Positions 9,360 to 18,996 of a DNA stretch of 64,000 nt are shown here, piece by piece. Each line of letters opens with the position of its first letter. The stretch's first letter is position 1. Origin of the DNA: an uncultured delta proteobacterium (GTDB taxonomy: Bacteria > Desulfobacterota > Binatia > Binatales > Binataceae). The position numbers were made by a program, and so were the translations under genes. The stretch spans positions 768,001 through 832,000 of the forward strand of contig CAWJET010000002.1 in NCBI GenBank assembly GCA_963842085.1. The letters are read 5' to 3'. The notes beneath the pieces are model-generated. The model was not told where the DNA came from, ran no database searches, and saw nothing but the letters and a program-made list of their open reading frames with translations.

Positions 9360-10592
9360 CTAGTTCAACTCCTTGCTGCTGTAGTTCAGGATTCGGCGCG
9401 CGACAATTATCATGTTGATCTGCTGCGTGCCTTCGAAGATGTCGTTGATCTTCGCGTCGCGCATCCACTTCTCGACCAGGATTTTGCGCGAATAGCCCAG
9501 CGGCCCGAGCAGTTCGACCGCCTTCTGCGTGATCAACGTGACCGCCAGTCCCGCCTTCGCCTTGGCCATCGAGGCCTCGAGGCTGTTGCGCTTGCCGGTG
9601 TCGAGCATCCAGGCCGCGCGCCAGGTGAGCAATCGCGCGGCCTGCAGTTGCACTTCCATCTCCATGAAATCGCGCTCGACCGCGGTCAGGCGGCGCGGCG
9701 AGAGTCCGTAGCGAATCGGCACGTTCTGCTGCTTGAGGAAGTCGCGCACAAAGTCGAGCGCCGCGCGCCCTACTCCGATGGCCATCGCGGCAACGATCGG
9801 CCGGGTCGCGTCGAAGGTCGCCATCACGTCCTTGAAGCCGCCTTCCTTGCGGACCTCGGCGCTGCCCAGGAGATGGTCGAGCGGAATCCGGCAGTTGTCG
9901 AAAACGATCGCCGCGGTGTCGGAAGCGCGGATGCCAAGCTTGTTCTCGACCCTGACCACCGTCATGCCGGGGGTGTTGTGCTCGACCACGAACGGCTTGA
10001 TTCCGGGACGTCCCGCGGTCTTGTCCACCGTCGCCCACACCACGACGAAGCCTTCGGACTTCTCGGCCGCCATCTCGCCGGCGGTGCAGAATATTTTGGT
10101 GCCGTTGATCACCCAATGGTCGCCGTCGCGGGTTGCGGTGGTCGTGACCGCCGACGAATCGGAACCGAAGCCCGGCTCGGTAATTGCCATCGCGCCCCAC
10201 TTCGGCTTGCCCTCCTTGAATCGCTTGAGGAAGCGCTCCTTCTGTTCGGGCGTCCCCGCCGCCATCACCGCCGCGCCGCCGAGTCCCGAGTTGGGCGTGG
10301 ACAGGTACAGGCCGGCGTCGCCCCAGCACAGTTCCTCGGTGCTGAGCACGGTCAGCAGATTGCCGCGCCGGGGGGTCGACGGCGCCGCGCCATCGGCCTT
10401 CTTGCTCCTGTCGACGCCGACCTGGACGTCGGCGGCAGCGGACGCCGACCACATCGACTCGTAGAACTGGGTGGGCTTGGTGTGCTCGTGCTCGTCGCAG
10501 TCGCGCGAGATCGGACGCATCATGTGTTCCGACACCGCGTGGTACATCTGCAGCCGACTCAGAATTTGTGGTTCGAGTTCGAAATCGATCAT
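9360..10592 (-). CDS. Acyl-CoA dehydrogenase (FadE23-like)
   Basis: AMAITEPGFGSD, INGTKIF, KLGIRAS, IFEGT with catalytic Glu. Confidence 0.95.
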   Translation of the reverse strand: MIDFELEPQILSRLQMYHAVSEHMMRPISRDCDEHEHTKPTQFYESMWSASAAADVQVGVDRSKKADGAAPSTPRRGNLLTVLSTEELCWGDAGLYLSTPNSGLGGAAVMAAGTPEQKERFLKRFKEGKPKWGAMAITEPGFGSDSSAVTTTATRDGDHWVINGTKIFCTAGEMAAEKSEGFVVVWATVDKTAGRPGIKPFVVEHNTPGMTVVRVENKLGIRASDTAAIVFDNCRIPLDHLLGSAEVRKEGGFKDVMATFDATRPIVAAMAIGVGRAALDFVRDFLKQQNVPIRYGLSPRRLTAVERDFMEMEVQLQAARLLTWRAAWMLDTGKRNSLEASMAKAKAGLAVTLITQKAVELLGPLGYSRKILVEKWMRDAKINDIFEGTQQINMIIVARRILNYSSKELN

Positions 10593-10616
10593 GACTGTAT
10601 CTCCGTCGCAGCCTGA

Positions 10617-11726
10617 CTAGACCGTTGTGATTCCGTCGATAGCGGCAAATCCGCGCGCATTGCGCAGCCACATCTCGACCGGATGCTCGCGGATGTAGCC
10701 GTGGCCGCCGAGGACCTGCACGCCGTTGTCCGTCACTTTGAGCGCGCTTTGGGCGACGTAATTTTTCGCCAGGTAACTCGCCTTCAGCGCATCGCGGCCC
10801 TTGTCGAGTTCGCATGCCGCTTCCCACACCAGCAGGCGCGCCGCGTCGATCTCGATCGCCATGTCGGCGAGGATAAACGCGATCGCCTGCTTGGTCGCGA
10901 TCGGCACGCCGAACGCCTTGCGCTCCTTGGCGTAGTCGCGCGCGTATTCGAACGCGGCATTCATTACGCCAACGCCCATCGCGGCAAACGCAACCCGCGC
11001 CTCGCTCATCAGGCGCGAAAAGTCGATTCCCTTGTCGCCGCCTACGCGCGAGTCGGCGCCGACGCGGCAGTCTTTCAAGGTCACTTCGTAAGTCGCGAGA
11101 GCTTTGAGTCCCATGTTCTTCTCGCGCTCCGAAACCGCAACGCCCGCCGCGCCGCGCGGAACGATAAAGGCGTCCACGCCGGCAAAACCCTTGGCGGCGT
11201 CGGTCGTCGCGTACACCAGCATCGAATCGGATTCGGCCGCGAGCGGCACGTAGCACTTGGCGCCGTTCAGGACGTATCCGCTGCCGTCGCGCTTGGCCGA
11301 GAGCTGCTGCGCCGACAGATCGAAATCGAAGCGCGGCTCCATGACGGCCGCCGTCGCGGCGGCGAAGTCGGCGCCGGTGAATCGCTTCAAATGTTTGGCG
11401 CGCTGATCGTCGGTGCCCATCTCGACGATTGGAAATGCGAACAGCCGCGGCGCGAGCACGTGCAACGCGATCGAAATGTCGCCGAAACCGAGCTCCTCCG
11501 CGACGATCGCGCCGGTCACCGCCGAGCGGGCGTCGCCGCCGCCGCCGAATTTTTCCGGGACAGCGCCGCTGACAAATCCAAATTGCCACGCCTTGGCCAC
11601 CAGCGCGGCGGGAATCGCGCCGCTTTCGTCGGCGGGCCGCGCCGCGGGACGAATCTCCTCGCGCGCGAACGCACCGACGCTGTCGCGGATCATCCGTTGC
11701 TCTTCGCTGAGTTCGAAGTCGATCAT
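10617..11726 (-). CDS. Acyl-CoA dehydrogenase (FadE24-like partner subunit)
   Basis: LNGAKCYV, R.AFG.PI...Q, GGHGY; lacks the C-terminal IFEGT Glu. Confidence 0.92.
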   Translation of the reverse strand: MIDFELSEEQRMIRDSVGAFAREEIRPAARPADESGAIPAALVAKAWQFGFVSGAVPEKFGGGGDARSAVTGAIVAEELGFGDISIALHVLAPRLFAFPIVEMGTDDQRAKHLKRFTGADFAAATAAVMEPRFDFDLSAQQLSAKRDGSGYVLNGAKCYVPLAAESDSMLVYATTDAAKGFAGVDAFIVPRGAAGVAVSEREKNMGLKALATYEVTLKDCRVGADSRVGGDKGIDFSRLMSEARVAFAAMGVGVMNAAFEYARDYAKERKAFGVPIATKQAIAFILADMAIEIDAARLLVWEAACELDKGRDALKASYLAKNYVAQSALKVTDNGVQVLGGHGYIREHPVEMWLRNARGFAAIDGITTV

Positions 11727-11763
11727 AACTGAAGAAGCGTCCCCTTTCGATTAAAGTAACACT

Positions 11764-12870
11764 TTAAGTTCTGACAAGCACCGTAACGCCGGAGCGCGCC
11801 GACTCATACGCCGCTTCCACCATCCGCTGCGCTGCCACCCCGGCGTCGAATTCAGGATCGGGTTCACACGCTCCCTTGAGCGCAGCAACGAAGGTCGCAT
11901 CCTCGGCGGCCTAGGGAATCGCGAGCCAATCCTTGATTGGCGCCAGGTAGGGCCGCTCGCGCAGGATTTTTTGAGTGAATCTCGCCATCACAACATCGGC
12001 CGCGATAGTCTCCTCGTTGGCGCCGAACGCGCGCTGAAAAACGATCGGCCCGAGCGTATCGGCGTCGGACGCAGCAAACAAGTTCTCGGCGAAGACTTCA
12101 AGCCGCCGATTACTCGCGCGCGCGATCATCCGGTGCCAGATCGAAGTGAGCTGTCCGTGGAAGCCGCCCGCGAATTCCATCCCGGTCGCGCCGAAGTCCT
12201 CGACTCCGTCGGCGCCGTTTAGGTTGCGCGTGCGGCAATAGAGGCTGGTGACGGGACCGAACATCCACGTCAGCAGGTCGAAGTCGTGAACGCTATGCTC
12301 GATCAGCGTGCCGCCGGCGGTCAGCGACGGATCGTTGCGCCACGCGCTCGCGTGCGCGCCGCGCGTCGGAAAGTCCTGGTCGTCGCGCATCGTGACGCTG
12401 AGCAATCTGCCGACGTCTTTCTCCGCGAACATCGCCTTGATCACGTTGTACACGGGCGAAAATCGCAGCACGAGGCCGACCTGGCTAATCACGCCCGACG
12501 CCTTGATCGCGGCCGCCATCTCCGATGCTTCCGCCGCGGTCATCGCGAGCGGCTTCTCGCAGAAAATATGCTTGCCCGCGCGCGCGGCAGCGATACAGGC
12601 CTGGCGATGCATCGCGGTCGGCGTGCAAATCCATACGGCGTCGATCGAGGGATCCGCGATTATCTCTTCGGCCGACTCGAGCGCCCGCGCGCCCTGCCAT
12701 CTCGAGGCCAGCCGCTGCGCCGCCACGTGCGACAGGTCGGCAACGGACGCCACGCGCACGCTTTGCTCGGTACAATCGGCGACGTAGCGGAGCATCATCG
12801 AATGCGTCTGGGCGATAAGGCCGGCGCCGATGATTCCGACGCGAATCTGTCCGCTGACGTGCGTTGGCAT
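11764..12870 (-). pseudogene. Gfo/Idh/MocA oxidoreductase with an in-frame TAG at 11911-11913
   Basis: GIIGAG and CEKP motifs; the frame continues past TAG as AAEDATFVAAL...VEAAYESARSG to TAA at 11764. Confidence 0.75.
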
Positions 12871-13031
12871 CAGGGATTCCCGGATTTCTCTTCGCGGCGA
12901 AGCCTTTCCAGCTCGCGCTCGCGCTTGTACTTGGTCGGGTCGTCGATGGTGCGCGACGGCGGCGCCATCGGCTTGCGGATTTTCGCGATCAGATCGCCCG
13001 CGCGATGCTTCTTAGGTTTGCGTTGCGGCAT
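12870..13031 (-). CDS. Small basic hypothetical protein (53 aa)
   Basis: MPQRKPKK...RKPMAPPSR..DDPTKYKR; stop overlaps the start of the oxidoreductase (TGATG). Confidence 0.6.
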   Translation of the reverse strand: MPQRKPKKHRAGDLIAKIRKPMAPPSRTIDDPTKYKRERELERLRREEKSGNP

Positions 13032-13238
13032 ATCGCGGTGCTGATTCAGTTTGCCGAGGCGGCTAACTCGCGCCATTTTGACTGACCGAGTTCAGGCGAA
13101 AAGAGCGATTTCATACCATAGGCTGTGGTTTTGGGGTGGCCACCCACTAGGGGTGGGTTCGTTCCGTCAAAAAATGTTTTCTTGCCTTGCCCGTTGTGCT
13201 CAAAGCAACCTAACCGCGAACCCCCATCGGCAACTTCA

Positions 13239-13456
13239 GAGGTTGTCAGCGAATTGAACAATTGGAGAAGCGGAGCGCGCGCAGCGCGCGAACCAGGAGA
13301 CCGGAACCGGCTTCGCGTGGCGCGAAGCTGTCCGAGGTCCCTCCTCCCGTCGCTAACGCTCCCGTCGTCGGGATGACAAGCTGTGGCGCGCTCGCTTCGT
13401 AAGAGCAATGACCTCGAGCCGGCGCTCCGATAGCTAACCAATTCCCTCACAAACTC
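13239..13456. mobile_element. MITE with 18-bp imperfect TIRs, TCA target duplication and an internal REP-like hairpin
   Basis: GAGGTTGTCAGCGAATTG versus reverse complement GAGTTTGTGAGGGAATTG (15/18); TCA at 13236-13238 and 13457-13459. Confidence 0.55.
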
Positions 13457-13620
13457 TCAGGGCAGGCTCTTCCCGCTCGGGAAGGGGAACAAGATGAGAG
13501 GGGGCTGATGCGGGGCATCATGGCGGTGGTCCGTGCAGTAGTGGTAGCACAGAAAATCGGCCGCAGGCAGGCTGTATAGTTCATCTCCATCTCAGTGAAA
13601 CTGAACCAGTGCCCATATTG

Positions 13621-14411
13621 CTAGGCGGCAAAGCCGACGAAGCTCATCTGCAAGCCGGTCGTCTTTCCGCCGGCCGCGCGTCGCGAGAAAAAACGATCGG
13701 AGGCGCATCGAGTGCACGGCCCGACGCTCGCGATGTTCGCAGGCGAGAGGCCAGCTCGCTCGAGCTGGTCGCGCACGACGGCGCGCAAGTCGATAAAGGC
13801 CTTGCCGGGACGCCCTATCCATATATGTTTGCGCGCGCCGTCAATCTCCCGGCTGAAGCGCTCGCCAAGCTCGGCGTCAACCTCGAAACAACACTGGCCG
13901 ATCGACGGACCCATCGCGGCGCGAATGTCGGACGCGTGAGCACCGAGCTGGTCCATCGCGCGGACGCCGGCGGCAGCGATATCGGCAAGCACCCCCGCCA
14001 TCCGGCATGGAGCGCGCCGGCTATTTTTCGTTTCGAATCGACCATCAGGACGGGCACACAGTCGGCGGTGAATATTCCCAGCATGACGCCTGGCTCGGCA
14101 GTGACTATGCCGTCGCCGGCCGGCCGCAGCGCAGCGGTGTCGCGAGTCGCGGCGTGAACGACGTTGCCATGCACCTGGTTCAGCCGCGCGACGAGTTTGA
14201 GATCCGGCACGTCGCGGCGGATGCGCTGCCAGTTGGTATCGACGGCGCATTCGTCGTCGCCGACCCAATAGGAGAGATTCATCGAGGCGAACGCGCCCGT
14301 GCTGACGCCACCCGTGCGCCCGATGAAGCCGTGACAAACAGAAGCATCGGGCCATGCGCGAAGGATTTCGACGCGGCTTGAGTCGGGCGACGATTCAATG
14401 TGGGTTTCCAC
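13621..14411 (-). pseudogene. pgeF: Peptidoglycan editing factor / polyphenol oxidase family (YfiH), frameshifted in a G5 run near 13992-13996 (possibly an assembly error)
   Basis: QVHG, TADC and HAGWRG in one frame; GPSI..CCFEV, CT.C and FFSRR in another; adding one G restores WRGVLAD. Confidence 0.85.
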
Positions 14412-14741
14412 TTCAAAGTGCTCGGCAGCGAATGCAGTTTACTGATTTCATTTCTATCGCCGTCGGTCGAATATCAGAGGCAGGCTACGGAACAGTGCGT
14501 CACTGGCCGAGGTCGATACCGATCCTTGAAGACGGGGGATCTCAGGGTCCGGGATGTAGAGAGGCGCGGGAGGGTTGCCCTTTAGACCTTTTGCCCGCCC
14601 GACCCTTCGTGAACGCTTATTCAGCGGTTTGTTCTTCCGCGACATTCGCTACTAATCCACAACCCGCCGAGGGTCCGGGTTGTTCGCTCGTCGCAGGATA
14701 ACCTATAATTCTGATCTTTGGAATTTGAGGTTTTGGCGCCT

Positions 14742-14963
14742 ATGAACGGCTACGAATATCTGGTGGCGCGAAATCGCCTGATGCAGCGGCTCGAAGCGGA
14801 ACTGGCGCGGCTCGCTCCGCTGCCGGCGGCCGAACGCGAGGCTGAGACCCGGCGCATCCAGGCGAAATTCGACGTCCAGCTGGCCGAGTTGTACGCGAAA
14901 GTCGCCGACGAATATCCGGGCGAACGCAAGAAGAAGGCGCGTCCGATCGCAGACCCTCGGTAA
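14742..14963 (+). CDS. Small helical hypothetical protein upstream of uvrA
   Basis: GAGG RBS; typical codon usage; co-oriented with uvrA. Confidence 0.65.
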   Translation: MNGYEYLVARNRLMQRLEAELARLAPLPAAEREAETRRIQAKFDVQLAELYAKVADEYPGERKKKARPIADPR

Positions 14964-14979
14964 GCGGCTGGGAGCAAGC

Positions 14980-17898
14980 TTGGATCGCTCAATCAGTATC
15001 CGGGGCGCGCGCACTCACAACCTGGCCGATATTTCGCTCGAAATTCCCCGCGAGCGGCTGACTGTCGTCACGGGAGTGTCAGGCTCGGGCAAGTCGAGTC
15101 TTGTTTTCGACACCGTTTATGCCGAGGGGCAGCGGCGCTACGTGCAGAGCCTCTCGACTTACGCGCGGCTGTTCCTGGAGCGGATGGAGCGGCCGGACGT
15201 CGATGCGATTTCCGAGATTCCGCCGGCGCTCGCGCTGCGTCAGAAGAACACCATCAAGAATGCGCGCTCGACGGTCGGCACCGTCACCGAAATCAGCGAC
15301 TACCTGCGCCTGCTGTTCGCGACGGTCGGGCACACGATTTGTCCGCGATGCGGCGGCGAAGTGAGCCGCGACAGCGTCGAGAGCGCCGCCGCGCAAATCC
15401 TCGCCGCGCCCGGGCTCTACGTGATACTGGCGCCGTTCGACACGGGATCGCGCTCGATTGCCGACGCGACAGGCTACCTGATTCAGAACGGGTACCATCG
15501 CCTGTACGCCGACAACGGGATCACCGAGACCGCGGAGTTCGCCGCGCGCGCGATTGCCGCCGAAGCGCAGAACGGTTCCACGCCGCCGCCTGACAATACG
15601 ATGATGGTCGTCGTCGATCGCATCTCGGTGAGCAACGAAAGCGAAGGCGAGAGCGAGCGCGTGCGCGAGGCGCTCGAGAAGGCATTCTACTTAGGCGCCG
15701 GACGCGCGCGAGCGGTGCGCGTCGAGCGCGATAATGGCAATACGCATAGCGTCGGCGCGATCGATTTCGACCGGCGCTTCAACTGCTCGCGCTGCGCGAC
15801 GGCGTTTGCGGAGCCGACCACGGCGCTGTTTTCGTCGAACAGTCCGATCGGCGCGTGCCCCGAATGCGAAGGCTTTGGCCGTACGGTCGAGCTCGATCTC
15901 GACAAGGTAATTCCGAATCCGAACCTGTCGATGCGCAACGGGCTGGTCGCGCCGTGGCGCACGCCGGCGTATCGGGAGATGAACGAGTGGATGCTGAAGC
16001 TGGCGCGGCGCAGAAAAATCCGCACGTCGGCGCCGTTTCGCGAGATGACCGACGAGGAGCGCGCCTGGCTGCTGGACGGCGACGAGGGTCCGCGCTCGAA
16101 GTGGGACGAAGACAAATGGCCGGGCGTGCACGGCTTCTTCAAGTGGCTGGCGGGCCGGCGCTACAAGACTCACGTCCGGATTATGCTCGCGAAGTATCGG
16201 CGCTTCGTCACCTGCCCCGCATGCGGCGGCGCCAAGCTGAAGACCGAGGCGCTTAACGTGCTCGTGGACGGCGTGTCGATCGCCGACGTCGGGCGGCTGT
16301 CGATTCGCGACCTCGTCGTTTGGCTCGACAAAATCAGTTCGATCCCGGAAGTCGCGACGCGCGCGGCGGTCGTGATGCGCGAACTGCGCAATCGCGTCGG
16401 CTACCTGGTCGAAGTGGGCCTCGGCTACCTGACCGTCGAGCGGCAGGCGCGGACGCTGTCGGGCGGCGAGGCGCAGCGGATTCATCTCGCGAGCGCGCTC
16501 GGCAGCGTGCTGGTGGGGACGCTGTATGCCCTTGACGAGCCGACGGTGGGACTGCACGCGGCGGACGCGCGGCGGCTGCTGGCGGTGCTGTACAGCCTGC
16601 GCGACTTCGGCAATACGGTTATCGTCGTCGAGCACGATCCCGCGATGATCGCGGGCGCGGATCACATCGTCGAGCTTGGCCCCAGCGGCGGCAGCGAGGG
16701 CGGCGAGCTCACCTACTCGGGGCCGCCGGCGAAGGCGAATCTTGACAGCATGGCGTCGTCGCCGGGACGCGTGCTGCTGATGCGGGCGCTGGCGAAGCGG
16801 CGGAAATTCAGCCGGCGCGATGCCGCGGTTCGAATCGTCGGCGCGCGCGAGCACAATCTCGACGCTATCGACGTGGCGCTGCCGACCGGCCGCATGATTT
16901 GCGTGACAGGAGTTTCGGGATCAGGAAAATCGACGCTGGTCGAGGACGTTCTCTACAACAACTATCTGCGCCGCTCCGGCGATACGTCGGCGGAGCGCGG
17001 TGAATGCGACCGGATCGACGGCCTGGAGCTGATTGGCGAGATGGTGCACATGGGGCAGGAGTTGCCGACGCGCTCGATGCGCTCGAATCCGGCGACCTAT
17101 CTGAAAATCTACGACGAGATCCGCAAGTTGTTTGCGGCCAGTCCCGAGGCGCGCCGGATGGGCGTGCAGCCGCGGCATTTTTCGTTCAACGTGACGGGCG
17201 GGCGATGCGAGAAATGCAACGGCACCGGCACCGTCACGATCGAGATGCATTTCATGGCGGACCTCGAGGTGAAGTGCGACGCGTGCGATGGGCGCCGCTT
17301 CCAGAGCCATATCCTCGCGATCAAGCTCGGCGAACTGAATATCACGCAGGTGCTCGATCTTACTGTGGAGGACGCGCGCGCGTTCTTCGTCCATCATCGC
17401 GCGATCGTCAAGCGGCTGGACGCGTTGATTGCGGTCGGCCTCGGCTACATCCGGCTCGGACAGACCACCTCGACCCTGTCCGGCGGCGAGGCGCAGCGCC
17501 TCAAGCTCGCGCGGTTTCTACTGGCCGATCTCGAACCCGCGCCGGCGGGCGAGGACGGCAGGCATCTGCCGCGAATGTTCATCCTTGACGAGCCGACGAC
17601 CGGGCTCAGCTCGACCGATATCAAGCGTTTGATCAAAGTGCTCAACCGGCTGGTCGCCGAGGGCAACACGCTGGTCGTGATTGAGCACAACCTCGAGTTC
17701 ATTGCGAACGCCGACTACGTAATCGATCTCGGACCCGGTGGCGGCGACGAAGGCGGGCGCGTCGTGGCGACAGGTTCTCCGCTGGATGTCGCGGCGTGCG
17801 AGAAATCGGAGACCGGCCGCGAGTTGCGGCGCTTATTCGGATTGCCGGAGCGTGGCCGGCAGGTCCGTTCGGCTTTGCGCACCGCGGCGGGAGTATAG
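14980..17898 (+). CDS. uvrA: Excinuclease ABC subunit A (UvrA family)
   Basis: Two GVSGSGKS Walker A motifs, two LSGGEAQR signatures, CxxC zinc fingers, YAEGQRRY. Confidence 0.93.
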   Translation: MDRSISIRGARTHNLADISLEIPRERLTVVTGVSGSGKSSLVFDTVYAEGQRRYVQSLSTYARLFLERMERPDVDAISEIPPALALRQKNTIKNARSTVGTVTEISDYLRLLFATVGHTICPRCGGEVSRDSVESAAAQILAAPGLYVILAPFDTGSRSIADATGYLIQNGYHRLYADNGITETAEFAARAIAAEAQNGSTPPPDNTMMVVVDRISVSNESEGESERVREALEKAFYLGAGRARAVRVERDNGNTHSVGAIDFDRRFNCSRCATAFAEPTTALFSSNSPIGACPECEGFGRTVELDLDKVIPNPNLSMRNGLVAPWRTPAYREMNEWMLKLARRRKIRTSAPFREMTDEERAWLLDGDEGPRSKWDEDKWPGVHGFFKWLAGRRYKTHVRIMLAKYRRFVTCPACGGAKLKTEALNVLVDGVSIADVGRLSIRDLVVWLDKISSIPEVATRAAVVMRELRNRVGYLVEVGLGYLTVERQARTLSGGEAQRIHLASALGSVLVGTLYALDEPTVGLHAADARRLLAVLYSLRDFGNTVIVVEHDPAMIAGADHIVELGPSGGSEGGELTYSGPPAKANLDSMASSPGRVLLMRALAKRRKFSRRDAAVRIVGAREHNLDAIDVALPTGRMICVTGVSGSGKSTLVEDVLYNNYLRRSGDTSAERGECDRIDGLELIGEMVHMGQELPTRSMRSNPATYLKIYDEIRKLFAASPEARRMGVQPRHFSFNVTGGRCEKCNGTGTVTIEMHFMADLEVKCDACDGRRFQSHILAIKLGELNITQVLDLTVEDARAFFVHHRAIVKRLDALIAVGLGYIRLGQTTSTLSGGEAQRLKLARFLLADLEPAPAGEDGRHLPRMFILDEPTTGLSSTDIKRLIKVLNRLVAEGNTLVVIEHNLEFIANADYVIDLGPGGGDEGGRVVATGSPLDVAACEKSETGRELRRLFGLPERGRQVRSALRTAAGV

Positions 17899-17921
17899 TG
17901 GAGATCGGGCAAGGAGGACGG

Positions 17922-18089
17922 ATGCGGCGATTCAATCGGTTGGCGCGCGGCGCGACGCAGCTCGGCTTCGTGGACATACTCACCGCAGTGATCCTGCTCG
18001 GGATTCTGCTCTACGCCGCGACCCTTCAATTCTCCGTGTACAATCGGCCGCCGGCCGCGACTCCCACCGGCACTGCCACGAGCCGCTAG
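17922..18089 (+). CDS. Small membrane peptide (55 aa), possibly pilin-like
   Basis: AGGAGG RBS; basic N-terminus followed by one hydrophobic helix. Confidence 0.5.
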   Translation: MRRFNRLARGATQLGFVDILTAVILLGILLYAATLQFSVYNRPPAATPTGTATSR

Positions 18090-18093
18090 TTAC

Positions 18094-18990
18094 TTGCCCG
18101 ACGCAGTAAAAGAACGGCTCGATCATTATCTCGTGCGGACGGGCTTTGCGCCGTCACGGCGCGTGGCGCAGGAGCTGGTCGAGCGCGGGATGGTGCGAAT
18201 CAACGGACGGCGCTCGAAGAAAAGCGAAATTGTCGGCTCGGAGGATCGGGTTGAAGTTGCCGCGACGAATCGGCGCGCGGCAATCGAGCCGAACGCCGGC
18301 CTCGCGCTCGAAGTTATCCACGAAGATGCGGCCGTGATCGTCGTGAACAAGCCCGGCGGCGTGCCGTGTCATCCGCTGAATGCCGATGAGCGCGACACCG
18401 TGATGAACGCGGTCGTCGCGCGCTTTCCCGAAATCGCGAGCGCGGGCGAGAAGCCGCTCGAAGGCGGATTGGTGCATCGGCTGGACAACGGCACCTCGGG
18501 CGCGCTGCTGATCGCGCGCAACCGCGGGGCATTCGAAAAACTGCGCGACGCGATTCGCGCCGGGCGAATTGCGCGCCGCTATGAGGCGCTGGTAGCGGGA
18601 GCGTTCGAGCAGAAAATTCAGATCGACGCGCCGATCGCGCATCATGCGAAGAATGCGCGCAAGATGGTGGCTGGCGATCCTTCCAGTGCGAATCCGAAAC
18701 GCGCCGGCCGCGACGCGACGACCGTCGTTGAGCCAGTTCGGCGGGTCGGCGAGTTCACGCTGTTGTCAGTCGCGCCGAAGACCGGCAGCCGCCATCAGAT
18801 TCGCGTGCACCTGGCGATCCTCGGCCATCCGATTGTTGGCGACATACTTTATGGCGGCCCGCCGAGCGCGAGCCTTGCGCACGGGCGCTTCTGGCTGCAT
18901 CTATGCGACGTGGCGTTCGACTCGCCGGCGGTTGGTCACGTCAAGGCGACTGCGCCTCTCCCGGAGGATTTGAAGAAACTTCTGGACTAG
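18094..18990 (+). CDS. RluA-family pseudouridine synthase with S4 domain
   Basis: RLDHYL (S4), NKPGG, HRLDNGTSG catalytic Asp, TG..HQIRVH, HPIVGD..YG. Confidence 0.93.
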   Translation: MPDAVKERLDHYLVRTGFAPSRRVAQELVERGMVRINGRRSKKSEIVGSEDRVEVAATNRRAAIEPNAGLALEVIHEDAAVIVVNKPGGVPCHPLNADERDTVMNAVVARFPEIASAGEKPLEGGLVHRLDNGTSGALLIARNRGAFEKLRDAIRAGRIARRYEALVAGAFEQKIQIDAPIAHHAKNARKMVAGDPSSANPKRAGRDATTVVEPVRRVGEFTLLSVAPKTGSRHQIRVHLAILGHPIVGDILYGGPPSASLAHGRFWLHLCDVAFDSPAVGHVKATAPLPEDLKKLLD

Positions 18991-18996
18991 CCCGCT

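Noticed and set aside
8689-11589. 966-aa minus-strand ORF
   Set aside because: Arg-rich alternative frame over two clear ACAD genes; a GC-rich shadow ORF.
13130-13180. GGGTGG/CCACCC palindromes and GGGTTCGTTCCGTCAAAA motif
   Set aside because: Possibly a dispersed repeat, but it occurs once in the window and cannot be supported.
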